62,010 nucleotides of DNA. Origin: Candidatus Micrarchaeia archaeon (GTDB lineage: Archaea > Micrarchaeota > Micrarchaeia > Anstonellales > Bilamarchaeaceae). A model generated the notes under the pieces. The model did no database searches. It saw only the letters and a list, made by a program, of their open reading frames with translations, and was not told the origin of the DNA. Of the stretch, positions 60,827-62,010 are shown piece after piece. Location of the stretch: assembly GCA_033853355.1 (NCBI GenBank), contig JAWOLP010000003.1, forward strand, positions 1-62,010, in the 5' to 3' direction. Each line of letters opens with the position of its first letter. Position 1 is the stretch's first letter. Made by a program: the position numbers and the translations under genes.

Positions 60827-62010
60827 ATGGGACAGACTCCTCTTTTCCAGGTCGAAGCACACAGGGCCACACTCACACCGGCAGCGGCCAGGGACCAGAT
60901 GCAGAACCCCCTCACCACTTCCCGGAGGGGAGAGGTGCAGGGCCTCACCATAACAGTCCCGCTCATCACCGAGAGGAACAGCTACCTCGTGGTCCGCCTG
61001 CCGGCGAATGTCGTCCAGGACCTGCTCACGCATGTCCAGACGCTTCCGGAGGAGCAGCGCCGCAACTATCTCTCCGAATGGATAATCAGGAACCAGCAAT
61101 CGGTGCTCGATTCATACATCCGCAGCGGCCGCACGTCCAGGCCCTTCAGGTACGACGTCGTCCCTTCCAGGATAGAGCCGGGAGTGGGAGAGACCGTCCC
61201 GAGGAGGGTGGAGCCTCCCCAGGCCCCGCCGGTGGCCAATGCGGTGCCGCGGAGGGAAGAGCAATCCCCGCACCGGCTCATCGAGGTCATACATGTCTGG
61301 AACCCTACGCAGGGCGAGGTGCCCAGAGGATGGCTCGGCGCGACGCCGGACGGCTGGCGCTCCCCAGGGGCCAACGAGCTGCCACAGGAAGTGCGGACCC
61401 GCGCGAACGTCCTGCGGCCGAGGACGGGTCCGGGCCAGGTCCCGCTCGGCGACGGCAGGATCGAGGAGTTCAACGGGAGGAGATATCTTTACCTCAGCTG
61501 CTATCACACGGTCCCGGCCCCTACACACGAGGCCATAACGGTATTCGTGCAGGCGGAGCGCGCTCCGGCGCAGATGCAGGCGCCTCAAATCCCCGGCCCG
61601 CTCCCGGAGCCCCGCGAGAGGCCCGTGCCGTCGCCGCCTCCCCAGCAGAGGGAGGAGGACCGCGAGATCCGCGGAGGCAGCGGGACGAGGGCGAGCCCGT
61701 TCCGGGCCTACGTCCTCCGGGACCGCTCGAACCGGAACGACATGAGCGGCAGCGAAGTCGTGATCCCCATCAATTTCGACGTCGGCGGCAGGGTGTACTT
61801 CAATGTCAACGTCACGGTCAGCCAGATCTCGAACAGCAAGATCGACCAGACATATGGCGAAATCATCCGCATCGCCCGGCAGGCGATAGGGACCATGGAA
61901 GACTACCGGGGCGGAAGGGTCTCGCTGCGGCAGGACCTCCCGGGCTTCAGGGACAGCGTGCGGAGGAGCATGGCGGACCATCCCGACGTCCTCCGCTACA
62001 TGGAGAGCCA
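60827..62010 (+). CDS. Hypothetical protein, 5' part (runs off the window end)
   Basis: From the ATG at 60827 the frame stays open to base 62010 (394 codons, checked codon by codon). It is missing from the ORF track because no stop lies in the window. The TATA-like CTTTATATAC at 60797-60806 is about 25 nt upstream. The 289-aa minus ORF 61112-61981 is its shadow. Confidence 0.6.
   Translation, partial: MGQTPLFQVEAHRATLTPAAARDQMQNPLTTSRRGEVQGLTITVPLITERNSYLVVRLPANVVQDLLTHVQTLPEEQRRNYLSEWIIRNQQSVLDSYIRSGRTSRPFRYDVVPSRIEPGVGETVPRRVEPPQAPPVANAVPRREEQSPHRLIEVIHVWNPTQGEVPRGWLGATPDGWRSPGANELPQEVRTRANVLRPRTGPGQVPLGDGRIEEFNGRRYLYLSCYHTVPAPTHEAITVFVQAERAPAQMQAPQIPGPLPEPRERPVPSPPPQQREEDREIRGGSGTRASPFRAYVLRDRSNRNDMSGSEVVIPINFDVGGRVYFNVNVTVSQISNSKIDQTYGEIIRIARQAIGTMEDYRGGRVSLRQDLPGFRDSVRRSMADHPDVLRYMES

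Noticed and set aside
61112-61981. 289-aa minus-strand ORF at the window end.
   Set aside because: It is antisense to a plus-strand frame that stays open from the ATG at 60827 to the window end, which has a TATA box at the correct distance and more ordinary composition.

Overview
This GC-rich, densely coded window is archaeal. Evidence: ribosomal proteins S15 and S3Ae, NAC, exosome Csl4, RNA polymerase subunit L, an archaeal-type signal peptidase and ProRS, RNase Z, an S-layer protein, TTATAAA-type TATA boxes about 26 nt from start codons, and an intron-containing tRNA with a bulge-helix-bulge splice motif. Housekeeping genes fill 0.2-9.3 kb and 45.5-62 kb. Between them lies a ~36 kb accessory locus (9.6-45.4 kb) that I consider the main item of interest. 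It holds two divergently transcribed giant ORFs of 6,782 aa (12685-33033, minus) and 2,809 aa (35429-43858, plus). Each giant is immediately preceded by a paralogous ~110-118 aa helical protein. Both giants carry a homologous central transmembrane module, a shared FxxLPPxxQ-type motif and a protein-kinase-like domain. The larger giant also has two further atypical kinase-like modules with a DRHxxN-type loop and a 17-aa EEVTTP tandem motif. The smaller giant also has GGDEF-like and GNAT-like modules. Ankyrin-repeat and HEAT-repeat proteins and an inverted pair of paralogous small ORFs complete the locus. No integrase, transposase, CRISPR array or rRNA was seen. Other notable items are a tRNA-Gln(UUG) gene split by two introns, single palindromic TATA boxes serving two divergent leaderless genes, and low-complexity RGG or Lys-rich tails on conserved proteins. 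All family assignments come from motif recognition by eye; no database search was run. Many long ORFs in the supplied track are antisense or off-frame shadows of real genes in GC-rich DNA, and I rejected them.
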